Shown here one piece after another: positions 61,369 to 64,000 of a stretch of DNA of 64,000 nt (position 1 is its first letter; every line of letters begins with the position of its first letter). The stretch comes from Selaginella moellendorffii (lineage: Eukaryota; Plantae; Lycopodiophyta), in NCBI RefSeq assembly GCF_000143415.4, contig NW_003314375.1, positions 248,001-312,000 of the forward strand. Reading direction: 5' to 3'. The notes under the pieces are model-generated. The model worked only from the letters and a program-made list of their open reading frames with translations. It was not told the DNA's origin and did no database searches. The position numbers were made by a program, and so were the translations under genes.

Positions 61369-64000
61369 ATGGCGCCGCTGGATGCCGAGGCGGGGAATGC
61401 CGTGGATCAGCAGCCGCCGGCAACGAATTTCGGCATCCTAAGCGGCAGCGATCGCAGGCGATCCAGCATTTTGGAGACGCTGACCAAGACATTCTCGTCA
61501 TCGGCGTGGCAGCACAACCTCAAGCACATCAATGTCAAGGCAAGTGTGCTCGAGACGTATCACGATTCGTTTCTCTTTGGGAGCGTGCCTCGCTCGGTGA
61601 GGCTGAGGATCTTTCTCCGGGGCGGTGCTCTTGGCTATATTTTATATCTGGTATGGTTGTGAATCAATTGCTTGAGGATTTCTCAGTTTCTTTTCATATT
61701 TTGCGTGTTTTGCACAGACGGAGTTCATTCTTGCGGTTCTCTCCGGTGTTCTCTATGTCTACTCGACGTACGTAAAGCAGTGTAGATTGAACAAACAATG
61801 CACAGGTTGATGAACGTAGATGGCATTGGAGTTCATGCTAAATTTTTCGTGTCAATAGCTACGGGACTGCTGGTTCTTGGGTCACACACTTACAAAATGC
61901 CATCAGTGTTGCTTTCCTTGCCGACTATGTTTTGAGAATTTACAGGTAAACCCACAAGCTCGTTTCCAAACTTAAAAGTGTGTTTTTGCTGATGTTGCTG
62001 CCAGTGCAGTGAGCCTGCTCGGCTTTTCTACATTTTCTCCTTGTCGGGTCTAGTGGATCTTTTGAGCGCTATTCCCATTTTCAACGTTTTCAGGTAAACT
62101 GTTTGAGATGTTTTTCAACGGATGAACTATGATTGTGAATCAACTCAGGTATCGCAAAGCCGGCGGTGATGTTTATAACTTGCTTCAGTTTCTTCGCATT
62201 GTAAGGTACTCTTATGCGATTGGTAATTATGGCAGTTCGATAACTTTTTCGGTTGTTACAGAATATCATCTTGCATTACGAAGCTAGGAATGGCTGGAAG
62301 CACGTTAACCCAACAGATTATTCTATTAATCTTCTCCACTGCTGGCGCAGGTTTTAAATCAACTTGAATTTATTGATACTTAATCTGTTTCTATACAGTC
62401 GTTCTTGTTGCTGGTATTATTCAATGGCTGGAGTATCATGGTGCTTCTGAAAAAACCAAACGGATGTGTCCCCTAGAAGGGTGCATGTCTTTCTGGGACG
62501 CATTCTATTTCGTCATTGTTACGGTATGTTGCACGCTTGTTTTGAACTTCAAGCAAGAAACGTCTTTCTTTTTAATAGATTGCGACTGTTGGATACGGAG
62601 ATGTTGTTCCCGTAACAATTCAAGGCCAGGCTGCTATCATCATCACAATTATGATTGCCGTAGCCATTCTTCCCATACAAGTGAGCAGGATCAGTACTCT
62701 TGCATACAATAGGTACAATGTTTGTGTTTTATCTTCTCTTCTTTCTTACGGGGCATCCCGTCCCAGACCTTACGGTGGTACTTTCAACTCAAGAAAGGTG
62801 CTCGGGTCACGATTTCTGATTATAGGCGGCAGCATAGAGCTGCGCGTGATTCAGATTTTTCTTGCAGAACTTTATAATCCTACCCATGCTGAAGGTGAGA
62901 GAATGCTTTAGTCGCGCAGCTGTTAATATTCGGACTTACAGCTCGGATGATTCTCAGATCTAGAAATCTATCCTATGCACGTTATTATTCTCGCGCCATT
63001 TACTCCATCGTAAGAGCTACGTTTTCAAACTTGTCATACTTAGCTGTTCCATTTTTGTAGATTCGAGTTGCAGCAGTTGCTGTCCCTTTACAATAATCAA
63101 GTGGAGTTCTACGAAGGGTGCCCGTCACAGACATCAGACCTGGATCGTATTAGCGCAGACAAGGCGTCAGCTTTTTTCCTTTTGGCGGACAAGGAGACAT
63201 TGGTAATCTGATTTTATATTCGGTAACAAAATTGCTATCTCAAGTGGCTTTGCAGGATCCAAGAACAGAAGATCATACTCAAATTTTTAGAGCTTTGGCT
63301 GTAAGCCGTTATTGCAAAGGTCGAGTTCGGATAGTTGTTGAAGTACTAGACCCTGATGCTCTGAGATGTAGCGTTTGGGATAATGCTTATGGGCAGGGGA
63401 TTGAGGTTATTTGCCAGACAAAGCTGCATAACAAGCTACTAGCTCGCAGGTCCAGTTCAATTCACATTTTTTATGTGTCAATTCGACTATATCGTTCTTT
63501 CTTGGTTGCAGTTGTACGATCAAGGGTCTCTATACTTTTATTACAAATTTGTTTACGTCCGAAATTCAGCTACATAATATACCTTCGATGCGTCACATAG
63601 TTGAGTATAATCACAGTTTTGACAACGAAGTGTATCCATTGATTTTTCCAAGCGCTTTTCACGGTCTGCTTTTTGAAGAGGCAAGTATTTTTCTTTTTCC
63701 ATCCTTATACTGAATCATGTTGTTTTTGTATGCAGGTTACGGAATTTATATACTCTTCGTTCAATATAACACTCTTTGCGTTAGACACAAGTGGAACGGT
63801 TTTGCTGCACCCAAAAGGACATAGTATCTCCTCAAATGACATTGGTCTTGTGATGGCAACGAGCCTCAATACCGTCTACAGCATATCTAAGTTCGAAGGG
63901 ACTTGCTCAAATCCTCAAAGTCGCGAGCGTAAGCTCTTGGAGTCTGTGAGCTCCCGGTGGAAGAAGCTGGGTTCAGTGGCCTCTTTTAAAAGACAGGAGA
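61369..64000 (+). CDS. BK/Slo-type calcium-activated K+ channel alpha subunit-like; runs off the right edge
   Basis: S4-like LQFLRIVRI; pore FWDAFYFVIVTIATVGYGDVVP; post-S6 RPYGG; RCK1 motifs YEGCPSQTSDLDRISADKASAFFLLAD, EDHTQIFRALAV, VIC...KLLARSCTIKGLYTFITNL. Confidence 0.9.

Overview
Gene-dense nuclear DNA from a compact land-plant genome with mostly 45-70 bp introns. That architecture, plus a BK/Slo K+ channel and a CVNH lectin, suggests the lycophyte Selaginella (inference). Housekeeping genes occupy both flanks. Left (1-12 kb): UBP1/2-type deubiquitinase, frameshifted GH51 arabinofuranosidase, DUF1995 protein, RRM-LOTUS-RING protein, DUF4598 protein, tRNA-Ser(AGA) and an orphan membrane-anchored protein. 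Right (44-64 kb): FCA, PIG-N, class III peroxidase, DDX41/RH35, RPF1, SNF4/KINbg and the BK channel. The centre (12-44 kb) is an AT-rich, repeat-rich accessory region. It holds a full-length degenerate Ty3/gypsy element, LTR remnants, repeated F-box and Myb/SANT pseudogene fragments, a plastid signal peptidase and a second RRM-LOTUS-RING copy. It also holds a set of microbe-like putative defence genes: a secreted cyanovirin-N-homology lectin, and two inverted, intronless, secreted KP4 killer-toxin-like genes flanking a carotenoid-cleavage-dioxygenase-like gene and a permuted-papain pseudogene. All family calls come from motif recognition by eye with no database searches. Multi-exon coordinates span start to stop, and pseudogene or repeat edges are approximate.
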